64,000 bases of DNA, taken from Acidobacteriota bacterium (GTDB lineage Bacteria; Acidobacteriota; UBA890; WLXD01). The translations under genes were made by a program, and so were the position numbers. How positions within the stretch are numbered: the first letter of the stretch is position 1; every line of letters starts with the position of its first letter. Positions 29,280 through 39,277 of this stretch are shown in pieces. The DNA lies in NCBI GenBank assembly GCA_963666215.2, contig CAXWPL010000005.1:832001-896000 (forward strand), read 5' to 3'. The notes under the pieces are model-generated. The model saw only the letters and a program-made list of their open reading frames with translations. It made no database searches and was not told the DNA's origin.

Positions 29280-29302
29280 CTTTTCTGCGCCCGCGAGTGT
29301 CA
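29276..29302 (+). promoter_or_regulatory. Candidate internal ECF promoter
   Basis: GTGACTT-N16-GTCA, about 40 bp upstream of ATG 29343. Confidence 0.45.
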
Positions 29303-29342
29303 TGTTTCAGAGATTCCAACCGCTGCTTCTCTTGGAGACTCC

Positions 29343-30836
29343 ATGTGGAATGACCTGCTAGCTCAAATGAGCGACTTGTTGAGTGGATACGGGCCCAACG
29401 TGCTCGGTGCGCTGTTGATCCTCGTCGGCGGATGGCTCGCCGCTATCTTGCTCAGCGCCCTCGTACGAGGCGCCCTGCGTCGCACCACCGTCGACAATCG
29501 CATCGCCGAGTGGATGGCGGGCACTGAGGGCGCCGACACGCTCGCCGTGGAGAAGGTGATCAGCCGCGTGGTGTTCTACCTCGTGATGCTGTTCGTGCTG
29601 GTGGCCTTCTTCCAGGCGCTCAACCTGACACTAGTCACCGGACCGTTGACCGCCCTGCTGACTCAAATCACGCAGTTCCTACCTCGACTTCTGGCGGCCG
29701 CGTTCCTTCTCGCTGGCGCCTGGGTTGTCGCCACCGCGTTGCGAACGATCGTGCACGCTGCGCTGCGCAGCACCGGGCTCGATCGCAGCTGGAACGGCGA
29801 TGAGGAAGCCACTGAGCTGCCGCTGAGTAAGACGGTGTCCGACGCTGTCTATTGGCTCGTCTACCTGCTTTTCTTGCCCGCCATACTCGGAGCGCTCGCG
29901 ATCGGAGGGCTCCTGGAGCCGGTTCAAGGGCTGACCGACCAGCTACTGGGCTTCTTGCCTAACCTGCTGGCAGCGGCACTGATCTTCGCGGTTGGCTGGT
30001 TTGCGGCAAGGCTCGTGCAGCGCGTCGTTACGAATCTGCTGGCAGCCGCAGGCGCCGACCGACTGGCGACTCAGGTCGGGATCGACACGGCGCTGGGCAA
30101 CCAACGCCTGTCGTCGCTGCTGGGTCTGATCCTCTACGTCTTGATCCTCCTACCGGTGCTGATCTCCTCGCTGAACGCGCTGCAACTCGATGCCATCACG
30201 GCGCCGGCCAGCGAGATGCTGCGGCAGATCTTCGACGCGATTCCCCGCCTCTTTGCCGCCAGCTTGCTGCTGGCGCTCGCCTACTTCGTAGGGCGTCTGA
30301 TAGCAGGGCTGCTCGAGAACCTGCTCGCGGGCGGGGGCTTCAACGGGATGCTTGCGCGACTCGGGCTCGGAGCGGCAACGGAGGGCGTTCGCGCCCCGTC
30401 GGCGATCGCCGCCTCACTGATCATGGTAGCGATCATGCTGTTCGCCACAGTCGAGGCGGCTGGCCTGCTCGGTTTCGACACACTGGCCAACCTCGTATCG
30501 AGCTTCATTGTCTTCGGCGGGCAGGTTGTCCTCGGCGTCGTGCTGTTCAGCATTGGCCTGTTCCTGTCGAACCTCGCCGCCGACACGATCCGAACCGGCG
30601 CCACGCCACAGTCAGCGACGCTGGCGATCGCCGCGCGAGTCGCCATCATCGTTCTGGCCGGTGCCATGGCGCTTCGCCAGATGGGGCTCGCAAACGAGAT
30701 CATCAATCTCGCCTTCGGACTGTTGCTCGGCGCGATTGCAGTGGCGGTCGGACTGGCGTTCGGGCTCGGCTCGCGCGAGGTGGCCGGAGAAAAAATGCGC
30801 GAGTGGGTGCACGCCTGGGACGCGCGCAGGCAATAG
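29343..30836 (+). CDS. Multi-repeat conserved TM-helix (mechanosensitive channel-associated) protein
   Basis: Repeats of (F/Y)xPxLLAAxxIxxxGW; terminal AFGLGSREVAG; GGAG RBS. Confidence 0.82.
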   Translation: MWNDLLAQMSDLLSGYGPNVLGALLILVGGWLAAILLSALVRGALRRTTVDNRIAEWMAGTEGADTLAVEKVISRVVFYLVMLFVLVAFFQALNLTLVTGPLTALLTQITQFLPRLLAAAFLLAGAWVVATALRTIVHAALRSTGLDRSWNGDEEATELPLSKTVSDAVYWLVYLLFLPAILGALAIGGLLEPVQGLTDQLLGFLPNLLAAALIFAVGWFAARLVQRVVTNLLAAAGADRLATQVGIDTALGNQRLSSLLGLILYVLILLPVLISSLNALQLDAITAPASEMLRQIFDAIPRLFAASLLLALAYFVGRLIAGLLENLLAGGGFNGMLARLGLGAATEGVRAPSAIAASLIMVAIMLFATVEAAGLLGFDTLANLVSSFIVFGGQVVLGVVLFSIGLFLSNLAADTIRTGATPQSATLAIAARVAIIVLAGAMALRQMGLANEIINLAFGLLLGAIAVAVGLAFGLGSREVAGEKMREWVHAWDARRQ

Positions 30837-30861
30837 CCTCCGGTAGCCCGCTGACGTGTCG

Positions 30862-31647
30862 CTAGCTGGCGATCGTCAGCGAGCTGAACCCGCCGATCTC
30901 GAGATGGTCGAGCACACCATGCAGATCGGCGATGGTCGCCACCTCCGAGGCTTCGTCGGCGGCAAAGCGTCGCTCGCGATCGAGCAGGAGCGCGTCCATG
31001 CCGATGGAGCGCGCGGCGCGCCAGTCCTTCTCCAGATTGTCACCTACGTGGAGCGCCTCACTCGCCTCGACACCGAGCTCGGCGAGCGCGCGCTCGAAGA
31101 TACGTGGATCTGGCTTGGCGAAGCCGACCCGGCTCGAAAAGACGACGACGTTGAACCAGATGCTGAGATTCAGCGAGATCAAAACTTCCTCGATACGCGA
31201 GTCGAAGTTGGAGATGAGCGCCGCTCGAATGCGATTGGAGCGCAGTAGACAAAGCACGCTGGCCGCCTCGCGGTAGGGCTTCCAAGCCTCGGCGCCGCGA
31301 TAGCGGCTGTAGAGGTCGTCGAAGAAGCTGTCGAAATTGTCGACGTCTCCCGCAACCTCCACGACGCGCCGCACGAGAGTGCGCCACCATTCGGTTTCGC
31401 GTCGACGCAGCTCGCGCTCGGGCAAAGGAGGAAACGCCAGCGGCGGCATGCTCGGGAACACCTCTTCGAACGCAGCGTCGATCAGGCCCCTCGGCAAGTC
31501 GGCACCGTGTCGCAAGGCGACGGCGCGGTAGGTCTCGCCTACTGGATGGCGGACCTTCAGGAGTGTGCCACGGGCGTCGAACGTGACTGCTTTGATCTTG
31601 GGCTCCACAGGACGCCACCGCTCGTTCAAGGGATCGTAAATCGCCAA
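30862..31647 (-). CDS. HAD-superfamily hydrolase (REG-2-like)
   Basis: FDARGTL, ISNFD, AKPDPRIF, HVGDNLEKD. Confidence 0.88.
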   Translation of the reverse strand: MAIYDPLNERWRPVEPKIKAVTFDARGTLLKVRHPVGETYRAVALRHGADLPRGLIDAAFEEVFPSMPPLAFPPLPERELRRRETEWWRTLVRRVVEVAGDVDNFDSFFDDLYSRYRGAEAWKPYREAASVLCLLRSNRIRAALISNFDSRIEEVLISLNLSIWFNVVVFSSRVGFAKPDPRIFERALAELGVEASEALHVGDNLEKDWRAARSIGMDALLLDRERRFAADEASEVATIADLHGVLDHLEIGGFSSLTIAS

Positions 31648-31718
31648 CGTGTCCCCCGGTCAGCTGTGCTCTCGCCGGAACGCGGCCGCCACATCGGCCG
31701 GCCGCCCGCGCCCAGAGG

Positions 31719-32810
31719 CTAGCATCGGTTGAGGTTGTAGCGCATCAGGCGCGCATGCGCACCATCAGGAACGCGCTCGAGGCCGAATACCTCGCCGGCT
31801 GGGCCGCGCCTGCGCGCCAGGATGGCGGCGATCGCCGGGCGATCCTCCTCCTCCAGCTCGAGGCGCAGCGCGGTCAGGTGGGCGTGGAGATGGCTGGCGT
31901 CGCGAATCCCCACGATTGCCGCCCCCACGCCGCGAAGGTCCAGAGTCGCCCGCAGTGCGACATCAGAAAGATCAACCTGTCGACGCGCGGCCACCGCCTG
32001 GAGAACTTCCAGAAGCTCTTGCAGCGCAATCCAGCCGCCGAAGTCATCGATGATCAACCGATACTTCTCGAGAGAGCGATGCTCGAAGGGGGCTCGGGGC
32101 AACGGCTCGTCGAGCCAGCGGTCGGAGAGAAAACCGCCCGCGAGCGTGCCGTAGGTCAACAGGTGAACGCCACGCTCCACGCAGAGCTTCGCCAGGCCGT
32201 TCTCGGGGCGCCGATCGAGCAGGGAGTACTGCACCTGCGCCGCCGTCACCGGAATCCCGCCGTCGAGCAGCTCGCGTAGTCGTTCGGTGTCGAAGTTGGT
32301 CACACCCAGACAGCGGATCTTGCCCTCGGTCTGCATCTCCACCAAATGGGCCGCTGCCTCGAGGTACCCGGGAACCGAATAGTCCCACCAGGCGAACTGC
32401 ACGAGATCGAGCCGCTCCATCCCCAGCCGACGCAGCGAACGGTGGACGATCCGCCGCACGTAGCTCCGATCGCAACGCGACAGCTCGTCGCGATCGGGAA
32501 CGAACTTCGTATGCACCCGAATGGCGTCGGCCGCGCTGGACCCCGCGGCGCCGCCGGCGCCGCGCGCCCGTCGTCGGATCAATCGTCCCAGCAATGACTC
32601 GACCCCGGTATAGATATCGGCGCAGTCGAAGGTGTTGAAGCCGGCGTCGACGTAGGTTTCCAGAGCGTCCAGGGCTCGAGCTTCGTCGATTGGCTGACGT
32701 GAGTGTCCCTCCGAGAACTGCCAGCAGCCGACGATCAAGCGCGGAATCGAGTAGCCGGGCGCCAGTTCGACACTCGGCAGCTCGGCCGCTTCGTGCACCG
32801 GTCGGCCCAT
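31719..32810 (-). CDS. Aldo/keto reductase
   Basis: FDCADIY, HTKFVP, SLRRLG...LDLVQF, LGVTNF, QVQYSLLDRR. Start uncertain. Confidence 0.9.
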   Translation of the reverse strand: MGRPVHEAAELPSVELAPGYSIPRLIVGCWQFSEGHSRQPIDEARALDALETYVDAGFNTFDCADIYTGVESLLGRLIRRRARGAGGAAGSSAADAIRVHTKFVPDRDELSRCDRSYVRRIVHRSLRRLGMERLDLVQFAWWDYSVPGYLEAAAHLVEMQTEGKIRCLGVTNFDTERLRELLDGGIPVTAAQVQYSLLDRRPENGLAKLCVERGVHLLTYGTLAGGFLSDRWLDEPLPRAPFEHRSLEKYRLIIDDFGGWIALQELLEVLQAVAARRQVDLSDVALRATLDLRGVGAAIVGIRDASHLHAHLTALRLELEEEDRPAIAAILARRRGPAGEVFGLERVPDGAHARLMRYNLNRC

Positions 32811-32841
32811 GTGATCACCCCTCACGCAATCGGCTCGAGCG

Positions 32842-33198
32842 TCAATCGTCCCCCGGAGTGACATCCGGGCGAAGCGGCACCACCGTCACGTCGGAATGAC
32901 GAAAGGTGGTCTGGCCCGTGCGCGTAATCCGGAACCGCGCGCCGCAGTTGGGATCGGGACAGGCCAGCTCCATGTCAGTCGTCATCCAGTCATTCGACTC
33001 AGTGTGTCGCTGCTTGGCCGGTAGCAAGGGCAGAATGGCGGCCAGCGGATAGAGAGGGAAGGTCTGCCCTGGAGGCAGCGACAGATCCTCACCCGAGAGC
33101 TCGAAATAGTCTCCGACCGCGTGATTACAGACCATCGGCCGGTCGCCCGCCACCACTTCGACGCGCAGGTCGAACAACGTGAACTCGTCGCTTGCCAC
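32842..33198 (-). CDS. TIGR04076-like small Cys-containing protein
   Basis: VCNHAVGDYF and ACPDPNC motifs; directly upstream of the aldo/keto reductase. Confidence 0.7.
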   Translation of the reverse strand: MASDEFTLFDLRVEVVAGDRPMVCNHAVGDYFELSGEDLSLPPGQTFPLYPLAAILPLLPAKQRHTESNDWMTTDMELACPDPNCGARFRITRTGQTTFRHSDVTVVPLRPDVTPGDD

Positions 33199-33347
33199 GA
33201 TCTCCTCCGGTCATTGCCCGACGGGGTTCTCCAATGCCACGCTAGATCGTATGCTCCCGCGATGATCAGCCTGAGTCGCGTCCGCGTCATCACCGCTCGG
33301 TTACGCCGTTGCATTCGCGCACAGACACCCCGGCCCACACCTTGCCG

Positions 33348-34733
33348 GTGAACGACTCGCTGCGCTTCCATGGCGGCGCAGCCGGGGCCCTGGCTCCTTT
33401 CGTTCTGTTTCTTGCCGGCGTCGCCTGGTTGTCGCTGTCGGGCGCACCCGACGAGCGCGGCTTCTGGCCGGTCTTGCTCGCCGCGCTGGCGCTCGGCATG
33501 TTACTGGCTCGCGATCGCGTGGCCTACGCCGACGCGCTGATCACCGGCATGGCACAACGCGTGGTCCTCGCCATGGTCATGGCCTGGCTACTGGCGGGCG
33601 CGTTCGGCAGCGTGATGAACGCGACAGGCTTCGTGGAATCGCTCATTTGGGCGGCGCGGGCCGCCGGCGTCTCTGGCGGCGTCTTCGTGGGCGTGGCCTT
33701 CGTCGTGACCTGCGTCGTCTCAACCGCCACCGGCACCAGCCTGGGTACGGTCTTGATTTGCGGACCCTTGCTCTACCCGGCGGGCGGTGCGCTCGGCGCC
33801 GCGCCTGGCTGGCTGATCGGGGCGATCCTCGGCGGGGCGGTGTTCGGCGACAACATCTCACCCGTGTCCGACACCACGATCGCTTCGGCAGGCACTCAGG
33901 GCGCCGACATTGGTGGGGTGGTGCGCAGCCGCCTGCCCTACGCATTCGCGGCCGCGGCCGTAGCGCTCACCGGCTACATCGCGCTCGGCGGCGGTTCGTC
34001 TCTGGGCGGTGTCGCGGCCGCGCCGGACAACGCTCTTTCGGATCTTTTAAAGAACGCGCTGCCAATGGCGCTCGCACCCGCCATCGTCATCGCGCTGCTG
34101 CTACGCGGCCGGCATCTGCTGCACGGCCTTCTGGCCGGCATTGGCGTGGCATCTATCCTGGGCCTCCTGCTCGGACTCCTGACGCCGAGCGATCTGCTGT
34201 GGATCGACTCCGAGGCCTTCAGCGCCCGCGGACTCATCATCGAAGGCCTCGAGCGTGGCGTCGGCGTGTCGATTCTCACCTTCCTGCTGATGGGCCTGGT
34301 AACCGGCATCGAGCGCTCGGGCCTGGTCGATCGCCTGCTGTCGCGCCTGCACGCTACCGCCACGAGCCCGATGCGGGCGGAGCTGACCATCGTCGGCGCA
34401 ACAACCGCCGTGGTGCTGCTGATCACCCACTCGGCAGTGGCGATCCTCGCGGTCGGGCGCGTGGCCCGCGAAATAGGCCGCGGCGCCGGCCTGAACGGCT
34501 ACCGGCGTGCCAACCTGCTCGACATGACCGTCTGCACCAGCCCCTTCCTGCTGCCGTACATGATCCCGACGATCCTCGCCTCGGCGATGACCGCGAGCGG
34601 CGCCGACGCCGGCATGCCGCGTGTCTCGGCGCTCCAGGTCGGGATGCACAATCTTCATTCGTGGGCGCTCATCGTCGTCCTCGTGGCCGCGGTTGGCACC
34701 GGTTGGGGCCGGGATAATTCGCCAAATTCTTAG
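33348..34733 (+). CDS. NhaC-family antiporter/amino-acid permease
   Basis: STATGTSLGT and GAVFGDNISPVSDTTIASA; multi-TM. Confidence 0.88.
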   Translation: MNDSLRFHGGAAGALAPFVLFLAGVAWLSLSGAPDERGFWPVLLAALALGMLLARDRVAYADALITGMAQRVVLAMVMAWLLAGAFGSVMNATGFVESLIWAARAAGVSGGVFVGVAFVVTCVVSTATGTSLGTVLICGPLLYPAGGALGAAPGWLIGAILGGAVFGDNISPVSDTTIASAGTQGADIGGVVRSRLPYAFAAAAVALTGYIALGGGSSLGGVAAAPDNALSDLLKNALPMALAPAIVIALLLRGRHLLHGLLAGIGVASILGLLLGLLTPSDLLWIDSEAFSARGLIIEGLERGVGVSILTFLLMGLVTGIERSGLVDRLLSRLHATATSPMRAELTIVGATTAVVLLITHSAVAILAVGRVAREIGRGAGLNGYRRANLLDMTVCTSPFLLPYMIPTILASAMTASGADAGMPRVSALQVGMHNLHSWALIVVLVAAVGTGWGRDNSPNS

Positions 34734-34906
34734 TCTTTCATCGCCCCACCCCTGCGCCGTCGACAGCCCTCGCGAGCTCGGCGTTTCATCGCTCCCACAG
34801 CTTGACCACTCTCCGGCCAGCGGCTTGACTACTGGCGAATTCTCGAACGAATCGACAGCGACCCCTCCCCACGAGCCCTACACCCGATCGTCTGGAGCAC
34901 CTCCTG

Positions 34907-37900
34907 ATGCAGTTTTCCCGTGCAACTCGCTTGGTCACCACGGCTACCGCCATCGGCCTTCTCACGCTACTGCCCGGACACGCATGGGCTCAGGGCAGCC
35001 GCCAGGATCTCGATACCGACGACACGTCGCACAACACCGTCGATCCGAAGCTCTTGGAAGGAATGTCGTACCGCTCCACGGGCTTTTCGCGCGGTGGACG
35101 CTCGACCGCTGTCGCTGGCGTCATGGGCGACCCGATGACCTACTACTTCGGCAGCACCGGCGGCGGCGTGTGGAAGACCAGCGACGCGGGTATCAACTGG
35201 AACAACGTCAGCGACACCTTCTTCGGCGTGGGTGCGATCGGTGCGCTCGTGGTGGCACCCTCCGACCCCAACGTGATCTATGCCGGCACCGGCTCCGGCT
35301 GCCCGCGCGGCAACGTGTCGAACGGCGATGGCATCTACCGTTCGACCGACTCGGGCAAGACCTGGAAGCACATCGGCCTGCGCCACGCCGGGCAGATTCC
35401 CAAGATCCGCGTCCACCCGAGCAACCCCGACATCGTGTACGTGGCAGCGCTCGGCCACATCTTCGGACCCAACGAAGACCGCGGTGTGTTCCGCTCGATG
35501 GATGGCGGCGAGAGCTGGGAGAAGGTCCTGTATGTCGACCAAGAGACCGGCTTCTACCAAGTCGTCCTCGATGTCAACAATCCCCGCGTGCTGTACGCGT
35601 CGGCCTGGCGCGCCGAGCGCAAGCCGTGGACGCTGATCTCGGGCAACGAGCAGGGCGGCATCTGGAAGAGCACCGATGCCGGTGACACCTGGGAGAAGCT
35701 CGCTGGCGGCCTCCCCACCGGGCTGCTCGGAAAGATCGACGTGACAGTCTCGCCGGCGAACTCTGATCGTGTGTGGGCGCTCATCGAGGCCGAAGGCGAC
35801 CGCGGTGGCGTTTACCGCTCGGACAACGCCGGGGAAAGCTGGAGCCGGATCAACGGCGAAGCAAACCTGCGGCAGCGCCCCTGGTACTACATCCACATCT
35901 ACGCCGACCCGGTCGACGCCGACACCGTGTACGCGCTCAACACCGGCTTCTACAAGTCGATCGACGGTGGCCGCACCTTCGATACGCAGATCCAGGTGCC
36001 GCACGGCGACAACCACGACCTGTGGGTCAACCCCGACAACCCGAAGAACATGATCAACGGCAACGACGGCGGCGCCAACGTGTCGTTCAACGGTGGGCAA
36101 TCGTGGACCTGGCAGATGAACCAGCCGACCTCCGAGATTTACCGGGTCTTCGTCGACGACGACTGGCCCTACCGCATCTACGGTAGCCAGCAGGACAACT
36201 CGACGATCTCGATCCCGAGCCGCGGCGGCGGCGGCTTTGGAACCTTCCCAGACTGGTACCCGGTCGGCGGCTGCGAATCGGGCCATATCGGTATCGACCC
36301 ACGCGATAACGCCATCGTTTATGCCGGCTGCTATGGCGGCCAGATCAGCCGCATCGACCGCAATCGCGGCACCGCGCGGCAGATCCTCGCCTACCCGCAA
36401 CTGCAGCTCGGGCAGGCGCCCAAGGACCTCGAGTTCCGCTTCCAGTGGAACGCGCCGATCCGCATCTCGCCGCACGATCCGGACGTCGTGTACCACACGT
36501 CGCAGGTGGTGCATCGCACCCGCAACGGCGGCCAGACCTGGGAGGTCATCAGCCCCGATCTGACGACTGACAACCCCGAGACCCAGGAGTACGCGGGAGG
36601 CCCGATCAGCCACGACTCCACCGGCGTCGAGGTCTACAACACGATCTTCGCGTTCGAGGAATCGCCACACACACAGGGACTGATGTGGAGCGGCTCCGAC
36701 GACGGCAAGATCCACCTGTCGCGCGACAGCGGCGCCAGCTGGAGTGACATCACGCCCGACAACATGCCGCCGGGTGGAACGATCAACGTTATCGACCTGT
36801 CGGCGCACGACGCCGGGCGAGCGCATGTTGCCGTCTACCGCTACCGAGAGGGCGACTTCCGTCCCTACATCTTCCAGACGAACGACTACGGCGCCAACTG
36901 GAGCCTGCTCACCGACGGCAACGGGATCCCCGACACCAACTTCACGCGCGCGGTGCGCGAGGATCCGGTTCACCGCGGCTTGATCTTCGCCGGCACCGAG
37001 TACGGCATGTACGTCTCGTTCGACGACGGCGCCAACTGGCAGGACTTCCAGCGCGACCTGCCGGTAACGCCGGTGACCGACATGCAGATCCACCGCGACG
37101 ACCTGGTGGTCTCCACCCAAGGCCGTGGCTTCTGGGTCATGGACGACATCTCGCCGCTGCGGCAGGTCGGCGAGATTGGCGATGCCAGCGCAGTGTTGTT
37201 GGCGCCGCGAGCGGCCTACCGAGGCGGCTCGCTCGGCGGCGCTCAGATTCGCTACTACTTCAACGAAGAGCCGGAAGGCGAGGTCAAGCTCGAGATTCTC
37301 GACGAGATGGGCGAGACGGTCCGAGAATTCACCGCGACCGCAGGCCAGAAGGCTGCGCCGTCCGGTGGCGGTGGGTTCTTCGCCCAGTTCTTCGGGGCCG
37401 GTGGCACCTTCGCCGTCAAGCAGGGCTTCAACGGCTTCCAGTGGAACATGCGCCACGAGAATGTGACCATTCCGCAGGGAGTCGTCCTGTGGGGCTTCGC
37501 ACCCGGAGCCGCCGTGGCACCCGGTTCGTACCAGCTGCGGATGAGCTCCGGTGAATGGAGCCAAACGCAGCCGCTCGAAATCGGCATCAACCCGAAGATC
37601 GGCAAGACCGCGGACGACTTCCAGGCGCAGTACGATTTTCTGCGCATGGTGGGCGGCAGCATCGACGACCTGTACGGCGGTCTCAGCCGCCTACGCGACG
37701 TGAAGTCGCAGTCGACGGCCATCGTCGAGCGCCTCGAGAAGGCCAACGTCGAATCCGACGACGTGGCTGAAGCAGCCGAAGCGATGAACGCGAAGCTCAC
37801 CGAGATCGAGGAACTGCTCACGCAGGTCAAGAGCAAGTCGGGTCAGGACCCGATCAACTTCCCGCCGCAGCTCGACAACCAGCTGGTCGGCGTCTATGGG

Positions 37901-38086
37901 TTCGCGGCGCAATCCGACGATCGGCCGACCGATGGTGCCGTGCGGCGCTTCAACGACCTGAGGCCGCTGCTCGACGAGCTGCTCGAGCGGCTGGAGGGCG
38001 TGCTCGACAGCAGCTTGGCCGCGTTCAACGAGCTTGTCGCGGCCAAAAACGTGCCGCCCGTAGCGGTGGCGAGCGAGTCGGAATAA
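34907..38086 (+). CDS. Secreted VPS10/BNR (Asp-box) beta-propeller glycosyl hydrolase-like protein
   Basis: Signal peptide; many S/T-x-D-x-G-x-T/S-W Asp boxes; C-terminal coiled coil. Confidence 0.88.
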   Translation: MQFSRATRLVTTATAIGLLTLLPGHAWAQGSRQDLDTDDTSHNTVDPKLLEGMSYRSTGFSRGGRSTAVAGVMGDPMTYYFGSTGGGVWKTSDAGINWNNVSDTFFGVGAIGALVVAPSDPNVIYAGTGSGCPRGNVSNGDGIYRSTDSGKTWKHIGLRHAGQIPKIRVHPSNPDIVYVAALGHIFGPNEDRGVFRSMDGGESWEKVLYVDQETGFYQVVLDVNNPRVLYASAWRAERKPWTLISGNEQGGIWKSTDAGDTWEKLAGGLPTGLLGKIDVTVSPANSDRVWALIEAEGDRGGVYRSDNAGESWSRINGEANLRQRPWYYIHIYADPVDADTVYALNTGFYKSIDGGRTFDTQIQVPHGDNHDLWVNPDNPKNMINGNDGGANVSFNGGQSWTWQMNQPTSEIYRVFVDDDWPYRIYGSQQDNSTISIPSRGGGGFGTFPDWYPVGGCESGHIGIDPRDNAIVYAGCYGGQISRIDRNRGTARQILAYPQLQLGQAPKDLEFRFQWNAPIRISPHDPDVVYHTSQVVHRTRNGGQTWEVISPDLTTDNPETQEYAGGPISHDSTGVEVYNTIFAFEESPHTQGLMWSGSDDGKIHLSRDSGASWSDITPDNMPPGGTINVIDLSAHDAGRAHVAVYRYREGDFRPYIFQTNDYGANWSLLTDGNGIPDTNFTRAVREDPVHRGLIFAGTEYGMYVSFDDGANWQDFQRDLPVTPVTDMQIHRDDLVVSTQGRGFWVMDDISPLRQVGEIGDASAVLLAPRAAYRGGSLGGAQIRYYFNEEPEGEVKLEILDEMGETVREFTATAGQKAAPSGGGGFFAQFFGAGGTFAVKQGFNGFQWNMRHENVTIPQGVVLWGFAPGAAVAPGSYQLRMSSGEWSQTQPLEIGINPKIGKTADDFQAQYDFLRMVGGSIDDLYGGLSRLRDVKSQSTAIVERLEKANVESDDVAEAAEAMNAKLTEIEELLTQVKSKSGQDPINFPPQLDNQLVGVYGFAAQSDDRPTDGAVRRFNDLRPLLDELLERLEGVLDSSLAAFNELVAAKNVPPVAVASESE

Positions 38087-38263
38087 GACTGAAGAATCGT
38101 AGCTGCCGAGGCGTAGCGGTGACCGTCGATCTGTGTCTGCGTGACGCGTTGCCGGTGGTGCAAAGCCACGCGGAGAAGCCCATCCAAGACAGCTGACAAC
38201 TGCCGGAAGCGACGCTACGGCTCAGGGCGGCAGTAGCCGCCGGCTCGGCCTCGGCGACTCCGT

Positions 38264-39064
38264 TTAGCTTGTCTGCGCCGACAACCGGATGGCCGTACGA
38301 CGACGCCAGCGCTGCAGCGGCGACCGCCGCGTGAGCCGCTCGGCGGCGAGCTCGAGGCGTGCAGGACGGCCTGGACGAGGGCTAGAGCTGAGGCGAGCGG
38401 TCGGGCCGCCGCTTGTGCCTCGCCAGTAGGAGAACGGCACCACTCCCAGACAAACCTGCGTTACCAGCTCGCCGAGCATCTCCGCCTCGAGAGAGTAGTC
38501 CTGCCAGCGCAGCAGCGCGCGCTCGGCAACCCGGCTGTCGAGCCAGAAGATGATGCGCGTCCGTCCGTTGTCCCTGCACCAACGGCGCTCCTCCACAAGC
38601 AGCAACGTTCGAACCCCACGCTTGCGGTACTCAGGCATCGTATAGGCGTTGTAGACCACACAGGCGGCGGCTCCATCGGACTGATCAATAGCCAGATTCA
38701 ACCAGCCGTCGAAGTGACCGAGAGTCTGGATCCAGATGTAGCCGACGATGGCACCGCCGGCTTCGGCCACCAGGCAAGCCTCGCCCGCCTCCAGGCGCTT
38801 CGCGAAGTAGGGCGAGTCGGCCGGCTGCGCCATGCATACCAGCTCATCGAGGTCGTCGAGGCTGGCCTCGCGGGTTCGGATGTCCGGGTCGTGCGGAATG
38901 TTCGTGAGTGGCCCGACATTGGCGGCGAAGAGCACGTTGCGGCGAGTCTGCCACGCCAGCGAGGGAAGTCGTATCGACACCGGAGCCTCCGAGTTCTTCA
39001 GAGGGAAACGATCGGCAGCGGTCGGGGCGATGCTCCTTGGACCGGTCACCAAACGCGGCGACAT
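38264..39064 (-). CDS. GNAT-family acetyltransferase-like protein
   Basis: IVGYIW; YTMPEYRKRGV resembles acetyl-CoA motif A. Confidence 0.65.
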   Translation of the reverse strand: MSPRLVTGPRSIAPTAADRFPLKNSEAPVSIRLPSLAWQTRRNVLFAANVGPLTNIPHDPDIRTREASLDDLDELVCMAQPADSPYFAKRLEAGEACLVAEAGGAIVGYIWIQTLGHFDGWLNLAIDQSDGAAACVVYNAYTMPEYRKRGVRTLLLVEERRWCRDNGRTRIIFWLDSRVAERALLRWQDYSLEAEMLGELVTQVCLGVVPFSYWRGTSGGPTARLSSSPRPGRPARLELAAERLTRRSPLQRWRRRTAIRLSAQTS

Positions 39065-39277
39065 CGATGCACGATGCGGCAGCGATAAGAGGCAGTATTC
39101 AACGGCGCCGACCGCTCAGATAGCGATCGGCTACGGCTCGGGAGTCAGATGCGGCCTCACAAGAGCGGTACTCGCAGCGGCTTTCCGCCGCTGGCTGACT
39201 AGGGCGGAAATCGCGGCAGCATGCGAGAACGACGCCGGCCGGCGGCCGACCCGTTGGTGACCGGTCCCGAGGCCCGA

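Noticed and set aside
34967-37564. 865-aa minus-strand ORF and similar long shadow ORFs (e.g. 11666-13138, 14790-16091, 56181-57683)
   Set aside because: Antisense to well-supported genes, no motifs; expected in high-GC DNA.
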